From assembly GCA_964106915.2 (NCBI GenBank), contig OZ066917.1: a DNA stretch of 64,000 bases; one strand, written 5' to 3'. The notes beneath the pieces were generated by a model. The model had not been told where the DNA came from, searched no databases, and saw only the letters and a list, made by a program, of their open reading frames with translations. Position 1 is the stretch's first letter. Each line of letters starts with the position of its first letter. Below are positions 38,784-52,234 of this stretch, piece by piece. The stretch comes from Podarcis gaigeae. Lineage: Eukaryota. Both the position numbers and the translations under genes were made by a program.

Positions 38784-38941
38784 AAACATGGATCCTTATA
38801 GCATTGGTCCATCTAATTTGCTATTGGCCTGACTGACTGGCAGTGACTCTCCAGAATTTGAGGCAGGAACTTTCCCTACCTGAAGACACCAGAGACTATA
38901 TGTTGGACCTTCTGAATACAAAGCATTTGCTCCACCACTGC
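38784..38941 (-). mobile_element. Squam3-type SINE
   Basis: cattggtccatcta...tgactggcagtgactctccag...caaagcatttgctccaccactg. Confidence 0.7.
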
Positions 38942-41900
38942 AAAAGGAGAAACTTTGAAAATAACAACAGGCAAAACAAACTATGGCTGCGATGAGTCAG
39001 TGATACCAATTGGGTCAATTCCATTTTCCCCCCTGCAAACACAAGGATGCTGTTTTCCTCTAAGGCACTGAAACCCTCTTGTGTTTCTGAGAGAGGCCTC
39101 AGTGGTGGTTGAATTTCCAAGCAGCTCGCCAACATCACTGGTTCTAAAACTAAAATTCCAGGGGCAGGGTAGTGGTAAAATGAAAAGCGTATGAGTGTGT
39201 GTGCTTCAACATTACAAGCTGGTAGATAATCCTCAGTAAACAAATAAGCTTTGTTCAAACATATGCCTAGAAATTCATAAATATCAGACTGATTCCACAG
39301 AGCTGAAGGGAGTTCCCCCTTCAATTTTGAACTATAGTACAGTTGCTAAGAAAGCACCCTACCAATCTCCCACTTTAATACTCTTGCGGTATTGACATTG
39401 ACTCTTTTCCCTTTCTTTTGCTTTGAAAAAACAGGGATCAATCAGCTAAACTAAACAGTTTCAACTGGAGAAATTTCAGTATAGACCACTCTTCCTCTTC
39501 CTCCTAATGTCAGGATTATAACCAAATTGTTTTGTGGATACAATCATTTTCCATGGTTGCAAAGAACCTTTGGGGAAGCAATTCAGTTCTACAGTGCATC
39601 CAGCTTCCTTTCATGTGTACGGTGTATTTCGTGTGGATCACATGTGCTCTCTCTGTATGCTTTCCCTGGGGCTATGATCATGAGAAGTTTCCTTCCCTAT
39701 CACATGTACTGTATGTTGAAATCTGTGATCTACTATTAATAAAAACAGGTAGTGTGCGAACTGAAAATGGGAGTGGGTTTTGAAAGCACATTTTTAGAAA
39801 TACAATAAATGTTTTCCTTTCATTTCCTTTCAAATGTGCCTGCATTCTCAATGTTTCATTTTTCTTCTTTTTAATGGTTAAGAAAAACTGATAACCAATT
39901 TTTTTAGATTCCCAATAGAAATAGATATACACACACCGCTACCAACAAACCCTGGTTTCATTCATCAAAACTTGCTTTTCTTTTTTTAGAAAATAGAAAG
40001 AATTTTATCAGGGTGGGAAATCTTTCATAATTTTTTATTTGGAGGAATGATTGTTTGAAAAAAGAAAACTGTTTCCATTAGAAAACTTTTGATGGACTCG
40101 TGGTAGATGTGGCTCTGTAGGTAGCAATATACTTAGAATGAAGCAATACATTTAGAGGAGAGCCAGGGAGGATAATCAATCTAGAGGCTGGCTTATCAGA
40201 TGAGAGTGTTGGTCTTCTGTGCATTTATGAGGGATAGACCTGCTTAGTATTTTGCTCATGATGTGTTCTCCTACCTCTGTGAACCAAAATGACTCTCCTC
40301 TGATTCTAAAGTATGCATCTTAATTTAGTTTGCCCACAAATACCTTGTTAAACAATAGCCCAGCCTCTAGAGATCACACCAAGAGTTCAGTTTCACACCC
40401 CTGTCAATTCTCTGTACTGTACCCAAGTGAAAGTAAGGGGTTCAGGTTACACTGGCCATAAAGTCTATTAATCTCTGAATGAATGTGTATTTTTGCAACA
40501 TATTTGACTCCATCAACAGTGTAGCATTCCATTATTTTCCTTAAAGCAAGCCATGTAAAGAGTATAATCATCAAAGGCTGCCACTACTATAAACAACCAG
40601 AGCACAGCCAAGCCTCTGAAAGTCCAAGTATGAACGTGATGGCAATTTATTAAGACAGGAAGTAAACTTCACAAAATTATCTTCTCCCACAATGAATGTG
40701 AACACAGCAAACTATTTACCATGTAGGAGTTCACTATGGTATGCACATGACCACTTAGTAAGCAAGATTTCTACAGCATCTTTCCGAGAATGAAGAATTA
40801 TATACATAACAGGTGCAGCAATCTTTTAGTGTGAGAAAAAGAATCAAATAAAGAATAAATCATAGTTTGACATAAACAAAAAGAAAGTCCATACACATTA
40901 TCTCATTGATTCTTAGGCCTTCACCAAACTCCTCACTTTATAAACAGATGTTGTGTATTCTATAGCTTCAGGTTTTAGGTCATATAGGAAGCAGCTTTCT
41001 ATCTCAAGCATTATGTTGTTGTTGACATTTGTCTGTCTTGGGAGAAAATGGAGTGCCCCTCCAGGGGTGCACTGCTGTGTTATCAGCACCAAAGTGACCT
41101 GCCTGGGGCACAAGTTTGGGCAGTGTATATGGAGGTCCTGGGCTGCCCAGATGATAGGACCCCCCCCCCCTTGCCTCACTGATATGGTCCAAAGAAAAGA
41201 AGAGCAATATGTTTGGCACCAGCTTGCCTGCAGGAGTTGCTCTCATCTTAAAGAGGGGGGGGAAACATTCTGTGTTTCAACAGAGAAAGCTAAGAAAACA
41301 AAGTAAAAAAATACAGTTGAAAGAGCAACAACACCAAACCTACACTGGCACCCTCTGTTACAGCACAGGTTGCAGACTGCACTGTGGGAAGAAGGGGAGA
41401 CAAGTGAAGTAGCTAACCCAGCTTCTCCTTTGATATTCCTCACTACCACTAAGTGGATATTTTTATTCCCTGGATGCCTCCACTGAAAGACCCTTTAACC
41501 TCTGGAATTTGGCCCAGACGACTCTCTGTGCTGGGCAAGGTGGTCAGATAATTAAGCATGGGGTGAAGAACAAGGCCTTAAAGATTTTTTTTCCCTCCAA
41601 AAAACAACTTTAGCTTTTACTAAAGGCATTTGAAAGGCAGCCACTTAAAGTTATTGCAAAGATTTTTTTATTTTAGTTTTAGAAAATTCTTGAACAGTTT
41701 GAAAAGTCAACCATTAAGAACCAAATGGAAGTAACATAGGAGGTGGGGAATCATCCTGCTAAAATAAACTGGACTGTTTCCCTACCCAAGCCAATCCTTG
41801 GCAGTTCTTCATTTCTTGGGCTGAACTTTTTACCCTTCTGTAAACTTTTGAATGTTCTGATCAGTACAAGTCTGCAAACAACCATATAACAAAAAGTGCA

Positions 41901-43094
41901 AAATAAAATTCTGGAATAATTACATTCCTTTTCACCTTCCTTCCTGCTATGTTTTCCTCATCAAAATCACCAAAAGATTGTTCATCTTTGGAAGAGGCAA
42001 CCTTACAACCTGTGCATTTGCCTGAACCATAGTGAACTTTCTTCACACTGTCTAATTTCACCAGGAACAGAAATGCTGGTAAACAGCATCCGACATCTCC
42101 CAAAAGTCTAACCAGGTAACAAATGGACAAACCATCAAGATAAATGGGAGACTGATAGTTCACTACAAGTGCCTCTGCTGCCCCTATAAAGGGGTTGGGG
42201 AGTTTTGCTTTAATTTGGACCAAATTTTCATTTTCATTTGACAAATCCCTCCCAAACATGTGACTGTCCACACAAAACCAAGCAAGGTTTTTAAAAATGG
42301 CTGCAGTTTTGTTCAAAATTAGGACTAACCTGCTGTATATAGCAGTGATGTCACCACATGGGGTTATCCTCCACTGCAAGTAATTGGCTGCCACATGAGG
42401 AGGAGGCCAAAGAAATCACATGGGTAAGTGGCCTTAAGAATTTGCTGTGGGTAGGAGAACCAGATATGGGCCTGCCATTTTCTGTAGCAGTCCCAGTTCT
42501 AATGTCTATTTACACACTCTGAGAATTGGGATCCCTCTTTGGTTTGAACAAGGCATACTGACTGATATAAATGAGATAATGTATCCTTGTGTGTCCTCTG
42601 AAGAGAACAAGTGCTGGGGATCATCTTGGTTCCCTTTAGAATAAAGCTGTGAAATTATAGCAAATTTCGTACAGCATTAACTCTTTGAAATGCCTTCTGT
42701 GGGTGTTATTATGTGCCAATCCTTCCTAAAGAAAAGCTGGGGTTTCCATACAACATGAAGTCCAAAAGTTTAATGCCTATACTTGATGATTAGGAGTGTT
42801 CCTTATTAAATCCTCTTGCCTGCAATGGTACATAGTGACTGTGGATATGACTGGAGCCAAGGTAAGCATGTTAAGAGTTTTTGTTAAGCACACTCTCTCC
42901 CCAAATGAGGAATTGTCTCCCTAAGTTACGCACACTGGAATAGGGTAAACAAAGGGAAATAAGATTTATAAATTAGAAAGATTGAGTGGTGGAAATTAAG
43001 AGGGATGTATATACATTAGTAGACAGTCAGCCTTTGTAGTCAGCATAGGTATCAGCTAGCCTAGTCATTGTTGGTATTGTCTTCATCATAATCT

Positions 43095-43260
43095 ATTTAT
43101 ATTCAATTTCATGCAAGGTGTTCGAGGCAGCATACCGAGGTCTTTCAAGTAGGTTATGTTGGAAGATGGTGACCAGCCCAAATGCGCTTCACATCTAACT
43201 AAGGATCTGAACCCGGGTCTTTCTGGTCCTAAGCTGACACTCTAACCACTAAATCACATT
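43095..43260 (-). mobile_element. MIR/CORE-like SINE, decayed
   Basis: ggatctgaacccgggtctttctggtcctaagctgacactctaaccacta is a reverse tRNA-like head homologous to 4823-5055. Confidence 0.55.
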
Positions 43261-43696
43261 GTCATTGGTCATCACCATTTCTGCCTGGTCAGGCCACTCC
43301 TATTGTAGACTGCTGCGATTGGATGTGAATTGAAATTACAAAGTAGGCATCTGATTTTCTAGGATACTCACTTAGTTCTGCTAATGTGCACCAATTATAG
43401 TTTACAATGCAACATTTATGGGTCAGTATATTTCCACACAGGTATTTTATAGATAGCCTCCTGTGTAGCCACCACTGAAATTAATAAGAGCTGATTTTCC
43501 CACCACTTGTTCTACTGGTGGTCTTGTGTGCATGCCAAGTCTATCAATGTGGTTTTTGAAAGGAGATTGTCTGTTGGAGTGAATTTTAAGATAACATTTG
43601 GGCCTTTGGAAGCTGAAAAGCACAAGCATTTAGGTATGGCCGGAAGAAACTGGGCAACATGCAGTGAAAGAAAAATTGCTATGGGATTTATATGTT

Positions 43697-44248
43697 CAGG
43701 GGCGCCGACTTATAAAAAATATTGGGGGGGCCCATACCGGGGTCCTTGCCACAAGATCCTGGCTGCGGGGCGCAATTCGGGAGGGCTCGGCTGGCCGGGC
43801 CCAGGCCCGCGGGGCTCCTCCGTGCTCCCCTCCCCCGGCCAGGCGGCGCCTGCAAAGGCTGCAGGTTCCGTTGCACCTCCGTCTCTCTTTCCACTGGTAG
43901 CGAGAGCGGGTGGGAGGAGGCCACCCGGGAGCCGGAACCGGGCACCAAATAAGGAGAGCGGGGCGGGCCTGGATCCTGGCCTTGTTTGGCGCTTCCCCTC
44001 GGCCGGCGGCCCAGCCAAACCCGTGGCGGCGGCGAGGCGATGCCCGCGCAGGGGGGCGCCCACCTCTCGGCCCCCGCCCGGCGCTGCCGCCCCAGCACCT
44101 GCCCGCTCCTCCCAAGGGGCCTCCTCTCCCTCCCGCCTCTTCGCAGCAGTAATATAATTTTCTTAAATTATTGGGGGGGGCGGAGCCCCCCAAACGAATT
44201 TTTGAGGGGGCTCGGGCCCCCTCAGGCCCCATGGAGTCGGCGCCTATG
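43697..44248. mobile_element. Young GC-rich non-autonomous hAT element
   Basis: TIRs CAGGGGCGCCGACT / AGTCGGCGCCTATG. Perfect 8-bp TSD tatatgtt at 43689-43696 and 44249-44256. Confidence 0.92.
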
Positions 44249-45819
44249 TATATGTTCACTCTGCCCACAAGGTTGAATCTGAACTGCTGCACTTTTCAGC
44301 AATCGGAGGAGCAAGTAGAAGATACCAAAATCATACATTGAAACATTTGAGTCTAAAAGGAGAGAGAGAGAGAATGTAAGAAATGTACTACTAATTATTA
44401 TCTGTGGTGGAAATAGAAAACCACTAGAAACTCTATAGAATGGAAGGGAAATCTGGTATAGTAAACATTGTAATATGGATAGACTATCTTTAGAAACTGT
44501 AAATTTGGGTGGGCAAAAGGTAGATCGTTATCCACTTTTAGATATTTGGGTGATTTAAAGAAGGCCAGCAAGGATTTTTAACTCCCAACTGTTTAACCAT
44601 GGCAACAAAGAGAGCTTCCAGATTACCTGTTTATTGAGCATTCATCCTGATTTGTTTGCAAGTTTAGACAACGTCTATCAGCTATTCAATGAGCGTTCAC
44701 TCTGAATGTAGTAATCTCCTTACATATAATGGATGCACATATAGTCTGTAACATCAGGTTCCTATTATGCAATGTCATTAAAACCCCGTTTCAGGATATT
44801 TGTGGTGGCACATCCTGCTGCAATTTGAATTGTTGGTGGAATTTTTACATGGCCACTTTTGGACCCAATGAATCCATGCTGAAAATCATAGATAACACAT
44901 TGCCAACAAAGCAGTAGTTCTGATCAGATCAGGGGTTCTGTAAGGGAGCTCCCCTAAGGTTAGCTGACTCTCAAGTCAAACTTTACTTGTGCCTAAAGGA
45001 GTCCTAAAAGCTGCAAACATACATAGGAATATCTGAGAGTGGTAGTCCAGCGGCCATTTAGCTGTTGTTCTCTTGGGGACAGCACTATCTATTGATCTCA
45101 GGGTTAAAAAAGACAAAGAGCTATATGGATGTTCCAAGGGCTTCGGTCCACTCCTAATAATAGCTCAAAGTGCTGGGTTACTTCTCAAACATCTTGAAAA
45201 AAGAGCAGCAAGCACACCACTAAATCAAACCAGAGAAGGCTTAAAATGGGTTTTGAAACAAGTCTTGTGTGGGAAACAAATGCAATGAGGTCAAGACGCC
45301 AAGAGGTACAAAGGCCAAAGGCCCACAAGGCTATAAAACTAACTGAATTATCCAGAAATTAACACATTGGGGTCACTCGGAAGATGTGGGACTTAATGAT
45401 GGAAGGTTATTAGGTAAAACCCAGGTGGTTTCTCAAAGCTGCTGTTTTGCAGTGAGCAATGGCACAGTTATATGGAGCAGCTGTGTCTGTGGGAACTGCA
45501 TGTTTCAGAAAGAAACAGACTTGTTTAATGGCTAGTGGAAATGAAAGGTCATTGACAAAAGATTTAAGGTCAAATTAGATGTGATGTCACATGCTTAGCA
45601 TGTAACATCCTTTTTTTTTATAAGCCCACTAAAGGGAGGGTACTCATAACTATTTGGGATCCCAGCAGGCAGAGAGGGAGATTTAAATCTTTTCTCCATT
45701 TCTAACATGCTGACAAATGTCTGAATCAGGTTGCTGCCTTGGAAGAAAACCCCTCACTGGTACCAATGCAAATTGCACCTTCAAGTGTGCAAATTTCATC
45801 AGCGCAACATATGGACCTG

Positions 45820-46218
45820 ACTAAGTTTGACATCTTCAGGGAAGGTCCGTCTCTTAGTCCTTTCACCTTCAAAAGCACACTTGGTGGGGACATGAGGAGA
45901 GGGCCTTCTCAGTGGCTGCTTTCAAACTCCCTGGAGAAGCCTACTTATTGTTCTTCCTCTAAGGAGGATAAGGCCTTCTAGTTTCAACACGCTTTTGAGA
46001 ATTGACTGCTTTTAATGAAAGGGCTAGTGCTATACTGTTTTATTGCAATTATTTGTAGGTTTTAAACATATTTTATATACATATAAGATTTTAATTCAAT
46101 TAATGTTTAATTGTTTTTAAAGATTTAATTTTTTTCTGTTTTAAGCAATTCTTGTTTTTATATATAAGCAACCTTAATAAAGGTGGGCTATAAATAAAAA
46201 TATGATGATGATGATGAC
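45820..46218 (+). mobile_element. L2 LINE 3' fragment with (GAT)n tail
   Basis: gagagggccttctcagtggctgct (RAFSVAA), AT-rich UTR, ggtgggctataaataaaaatatgatgatgatg. Confidence 0.7.
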
Positions 46219-46544
46219 CTCTCTTCAGGAACCTGCACACTCATTTGTTCCTGTTAAGCCTTAGTTCTGCTTAGTGTTCTGTGAACTGACCCATTTTCTT
46301 GTATCATGCTGGACGGAGCAGTTGGGAACCACTGTGTGACTTGGCAGCCACTTCTTACATGATTGTGCTGTTCTTCATATGCTGTTTTGTAAATTCAGCA
46401 TTTGTATATACTATCATCTTTCCTACTTTTGTCAGAATTTCCTTGCAACCCTTCGCTGTGACTTAAGCAGTGAAAATACTCTGTGGATTTTCACCCACGA
46501 ATCAGCACAATAAAAGAAGTGACAACTTTATTAAGCATATTACA

Positions 46545-46720
46545 TATTGAACAGCCTTAAACTGAATCGGACCACTGGGCCATGTACTCCTATACTATCT
46601 AGTTCAGCAAGCAGCACCTCTCCAAAGTCTCAGGCAAAAGTCTTTTTCAGCTCTGTTACAAGAAAACGTTTTAAATGGAGATGCCTAGCACCAAATTTTG
46701 AGCTGTTGCTTACGAGACAA
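46545..46720 (-). mobile_element. Degenerate Squam3-type SINE
   Basis: gccttaaactgaatcggaccactgggccat...ctctccaaagtctcaggcaaaagtctttttcagc...ggagatgcc. Confidence 0.55.
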
Positions 46721-47780
46721 CAGCAGATGAGTCTGTGCAGTCTTTTATAAGCACGTATGAGTCTCCAAATTTTAACTTGCTTGCAAACTGGCTCTTTATC
46801 CTTTTACAAATCACATAGGTTTACAGAATATTGATAGGTATGTCAGTGCCCAGCCTTCTGCTCAAGATTTTGGATGCAACCGCACACACTTCCATTGATC
46901 TTCACAGACAGTACAAGGATGTGCAACTCCAGGGCACCTAACAAAAGAACATAGCTGCTTGGCACACACGTCTCTCTGCAGGTTGGACTTCAGATACTGT
47001 ATTAATCCCCAGGCCTTCTTTGGGAAATGAAAGTCCTTGACTCAGGCATGAATGTTACTGGCAAAGTTCCCATTACTGTAAAACAGCCTACCAGTAACCA
47101 CCCCACGCTCTCATGTATGCATGTCTTAGCTCACTCTCTGCATCCTCCTAAGGTCATTACGCCATAATTCAATACCTCATTTCCTTTTCAGAGTATGCAC
47201 AGGTCCAAAAATAGTGCTAAAGTTTCACTTTGAGACACATCTGGACAATGCAGAACCTGAATGAGAAAAGCCAAGCAGAAACTTTTGATGATATGCTTGT
47301 GTTCCAGGTCTGTAACAGCAACAGGGCTGTTGTCAGCCCCCTGGCACCCTTGGGCAGTTGCCAGGGCCCATGCTGATGCCTGGCTGTGCCCCCTTTAACT
47401 TTTTCCAGCCTGGCACTCACAGCAACCTGAGGCAGCTGAATCTGGCTTCTTTTTACTTTCCTATAATGCCACCATCTTGTATCACTCAGAGGTCACATTG
47501 CCTAGGACTCCCTCAAGCCTGGATTCGTCCCTAACAGCAGGCTAGCGTGCCGATCTTGTCTTCAGATGCTTCACCTACCAATGAGCAGATCAAATATTAA
47601 GTGAGCACTGTAACATGCATCTACAAGTGGCAATCTTTCTGGTAGTAATGGTTTTAGGACATTGTGTGCCCATGAAAAATAAAGAAGATATAGCCTTCTC
47701 TACCATCAAACTTGAAAATAGAAGCCTAATAAGTGACACTGCCTTCAACTGAATGTCCAGACTCTTCCAGCTGCTCCCAT

Positions 47781-48269
47781 TAGGGGCAAAGGAAGGTGTT
47801 GTGACACCCGGGGCAGGCGTCACTATGTAGGGCGCATGTGCGGCATTGCTACGTATGACACATGCTCCAGACGTAGCAACACTGCACATGCGCTGTATAG
47901 CAGTTTGTCGCTGGCACTGCTCCAGCGCCATATGGACGGTGCCGGGATTCCTCCCGCACCACTACAACCACGAATGAAGGATCCCTGCACTGTCCATATG
48001 GCGCTGGACTGGCGCCGGCAGCAAACTGCTATACAGAGCATGTGCAGCATCGCTACATACAGCACATGCACCATACTTAGCAGTTTGCTGCTGGCACCAG
48101 GATCCTCTGCTCGCAGCTGCAGTCGTGAACGAAGGATCCTCTGAAGGTGGCTGTGGCAGCGTGATGGTTGCGCTGCCACGAGCCCTCGCAGGGTGACTTC
48201 TTGTCACCCCTGCAGACATGGAACCCGGGGCGAACGGCCCACACCCACACCCCTGTTGTGACACTACTG
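47781..48269. mobile_element. Non-autonomous hAT (Tip100-like) element with internal palindrome
   Basis: Perfect 8-bp TSD gctcccat at 47773-47780 and 48270-48277. Degenerate termini taggggc / acactactg. CpG-rich interior. Confidence 0.8.
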
Positions 48270-51200
48270 GCTCCCATGACTCATCTTGGGGTGGCCAGTG
48301 GTTATGCATCCCTAGTGCAGTGCGTGAAGGCCCCTGACAATCCTTAGTAGTCTCCCACCCAAGTGAAACAGGTTGTGCAAAACCGAATGAAGTCTCTAAA
48401 TGTGATTTTCATCAATTGGCTGCTTGGCTTTAAAACCACAAGCGGGCTGCTACCAGTGACCACAATCTGCTTAACGGCTCTTTCGGGATGGGGGAGAAGG
48501 TTGAATTAATTTCCATCAGTTTTGCAGTACAGACAGATTATGGCACACAATCTTCCACGAGGTTTATATTATGTCACTTTGCTGGCTGCTCTGAAGTAAA
48601 GATTGGCGTTCAGGGTACTCGTCTCTATCTCTAATACTAGATCTCATAAACTGAGTAGTGGATTGAGGCTCTCTTGCAGGACCCTCCGGTAGGATTTGAG
48701 AAACACTATTTTTAAAAAAAATACAATAGGACATGACTAGTATTCTAATGAATAACTGGTTATGAGACATTATTAGCAATCATTAGGAGGCGTGGTTAAA
48801 TTTGAGAGAAATATGAAGCAACACAGATACTAATAGAAAATGAAGCCCTGGGTCTAGATGAATGCTGTAAAGTATTTGTAAAATAGAAGGCATTGCATAA
48901 AACTGATTGTGTTCTAATATGAAACACACAGAGTTAATTTTAACTACCTTCTTTCATTTATTACGTTTCAGATTTGAACATTAGGGCTTTGCTATTATTA
49001 AAAAAATCAATGGAGAAACCCAACAAATTTTTAAATGAAAGTTGAATTAACCTGCTTTCTTTCACTATAACTATTTGAAACACCAATGAGTAAATGCTGG
49101 CTGCACCTTTCTTCTATGGTTTTAGCTTGCATCAGTAGCCACAAGTTAAATGTGCTGAAAACTCTTTCAGTGCCACAATTTCAAACATTGGTTGTATTCT
49201 ATGCTATATTAAAACCATAGACAAGAAGAAGCTAATCACTGTGGGACTGTATTATTAATACTTTGTATAACTCAGTTTTCTGTAAGCTACCTATGATAGT
49301 CAGAGAAGGGTCGCAGTTAATGCTCCTAGAATTCATGGTTCTGTAGACAAGAGCTTTTACCTTTGAGACACCAACCCTAACATTGCTTCTGAATCTAGAT
49401 TACATGTCAGACAGACAGCAATTTTAGGTGAGCCCTCTTTAGCCATTTTAAATTCTTCACTTCTATGCAAACAGTGCAAACTGAACAGATGAAGCCATCT
49501 TTAGCAGTCAGTGGCCACTGCATAACCCCTTCTGAGTTTGGGTGCTGATGGGGGATGTATGTTCATAGTGCAACAAAGATCAGGTGGAGGCTGAGTTTAT
49601 TTGAGCCAGGACTTCAATACAAGGCTTCAATATGAGGCTGCAAATGGTTAGTGCCATTTGCAATATGGCAGCGGGTGTGCGTAAAAGGCCTGAGACATTT
49701 ATGCAAATTGCAGCAGCTGTGTTTACAGTATCCGCACAATTCTGTAGTGCCCATGCACACTCTCAGAAGCAGACACATGGGATGTTTCTGGCCCAGGGCA
49801 TGAGTGCAGGAATCCTTTTTACAGAACTGGCCAGTGGCCACAAATCCTAAATGGGTATAGAGTAGGCGGGGAGGCAGACCTATCCTTTGCAGAATTGCTT
49901 CATTTAAAGTCCTTTCCCTGTTATGATGTGTCCTAAATTCTTTTGGGGTCTAATTTCCTACTGAAAGAAATGCAAGAGAGAAGCTAGCATCTTGGTTTGT
50001 TGCAGCCACATCTCACGTGAACGTTAAGGCCTGACAGTCCAACAAAATGACCCACTTCTTGCAGACTCAGACAGAAAGGCTCCGCTTAGGCCCTAGGAAA
50101 GTGTCTCTAATAAGGCAATTCGTTAGTTCTGTCGGCTGGGCCCCTCTCAGCTATCCTTCATTCCTTCTCTCCCTCCCTCAAGCTAGTCATTAATGCAGCA
50201 GGAACAGAGGAAAATGAAGCCGTTGGGTTCGGTATATATTACTGAGCTCTGCGTAGTGTGTATAAGACCATTATTTAGACACCCAAGTCCCCAGTGTGTT
50301 TTGATCACACCAGTCCAGCAGGAAGAGCTGTCTAATGGCTTGGTAGCTACAATACATGTGTGTGCACGCTCTCGCTTCAGGAGTGCCTTTTACCAGCTTC
50401 ATCAGTTGCTCCAGCTGCACCTCTTCTTGGAAAATAAGGACACAACTACTGTTTGCTTGCTCTGGTAACTTCTCAGTTTGACTCTTGTATGTGCCACTGC
50501 ATATACCCTCCAACAGGTCAAGGAGAAAACGGGGAGACACCTTTTCCAGGATGCGCTCCCATGTGATTCATGTTACCCGTGCAACAGCACGCCGCCCCCA
50601 ATGGGATGTCATGACAGGACAATTATCTTTAAAAGGTGCTCTGGCCAAAATGTAATTGTATGATTTCTAGCTAAAACAACTTCAATAAAATGAGTTTGGG
50701 GGCTCAAAACAAAGTGCTGTTTTAACCGTTAAAGGCCTATGTTGTCATGGTAGGGGCTTCTTTCATATGTAACTCCCTGGGTTCTGAGATCAAGAAACTA
50801 GGACTTCTGGCAGATGCTTCCACCTTGTCAAGAACTGCTGGCCTCTGTCTAATGATATGAGCCTTGCTGTTGCAGCTTGTCAGTAAAGTGTTATGGACTG
50901 GGGGCCATTTTCCCATGTGGTGAGCAGTGTCACTGAAAAAACTCAGGGAACCTCCTCCTTCTTGAGCAGTAAAAAGCATTAGGGGGATGCCTGTCTCGGT
51001 GGTGCTTTGATTAGCCAGCAAAACCTACCTGACCACTTGTGTTGTCATTTCTGGCTCCTGGCTTGTTTGACTGGCCTGCCTTCTGGATTTCCCTTCTGTG
51101 CTCTGGGCCCACAGCCCAGCTCTGACACACAGCCTGACCAAAGATTGGTTTTCAACAAAAATAGGGCTGCTTCTCTGTGGTGCTCCTTTGAATTCCCTCT

Positions 51201-52062
51201 GTATAGATACTTATTCGTTTTGCATGGCTGGTCCTTTCCAAAAGGGTTTCTTATTTAGGTAATACTTTGTCACGTTTTGTTGTTAATTATCTTGCAGTAT
51301 TTAAATGTTTGTTTGTACTGTGTTATTGTCCTCTTATTGATTTCAGAGCCCGTTTAAAAAGAGGGATATATTTTTTAAATAAAGTAAAAAAAGAGAGAGG
51401 GGGAATAAACAAGATGGAAGAAAGCTTTATGCCCATTCTAGAGAAGCAGGACATATGTTGTTTAGATAAGCCTTCTCAGTGCTCTCTATATGCTTTGGAC
51501 TACATCTATCAACCCTGCCCCCACCGCCACCATGTAAGCTGGGTTGCTAAAACAGCTGGAGGGTAGAAAATGTAGAAGGCTGGGTGAACCCTACTTTTTC
51601 ATATCAGGAACTGAGGAGAGGTTGGGTGAAGCCAACTCTTTCTCTCAGAGATCACGTCTACCCTAAGGTCCATCAGGTAAGGTCAGGGGGACGGTGTCCT
51701 CCTTCTCTTCCTTTGCTCCTGCTGATACTGAAGCACCCTGGCTTTCAGGTCTACAATTCACAGAGCCTGTTTTTGTTCATATCTCCCAGAACAAGAATAG
51801 AAAACCCTTGGTGAAGCAGTTCCATATGACTAAAGGGAAGCAGGACTGTGCTGCTATGGCCCACCATTACAACCATCTTCCTGGTTCCAGCCCCCAAGAC
51901 TCCCTGGAGAGAGCATTTCACAACCAGTACACCACCACTGAGCAGACCCACCATACCTCAGATGATGAATCCACCTAGGACAAGTATTCTGATAAAGATA
52001 TCAAAAGAATTAGGGCAGGATGGACTGGTCTCAGACTCATTTAGCTTCAGGCATAAAGAAAA

Positions 52063-52234
52063 GGACTGTAGCTCAGTGGAAGAGCTTCCGCTTTGCATGC
52101 AGTTCAACCTCTGGCATCTCCAGGTGGGACTGTGTAAGAACCCGCCAGAAACCCTGTGGAGAGCTGCACGTCAATTTAGGCAATACTGAACTACATGGAC
52201 CAATGATCTGAGTCAGCTTCCTCTATTCCTATGT
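52063..52234 (+). mobile_element. Squam3-type SINE
   Basis: ggactgtagctcagtggaagagcttccgctttgcatgcag...ggcatctccaggtggg...gaaaccctgtggagagctgc...atggaccaatgatctgagtcagcttcct. Confidence 0.8.

Noticed and set aside
41861-42394. 177-aa minus-strand ORF
   Set aside because: Non-ATG start, no recognisable domain, no splice or composition support.
43757-44148. CpG island as a native gene promoter
   Set aside because: Lies wholly inside TIRs and a perfect 8-bp TSD, so it is inserted DNA.
43507-44292. Overlapping long ORFs (216, 198, 136 aa)
   Set aside because: Pro/Gly/Arg/Ala-rich frames open on both strands because of GC richness inside a TSD-flanked transposon; no domain signature.
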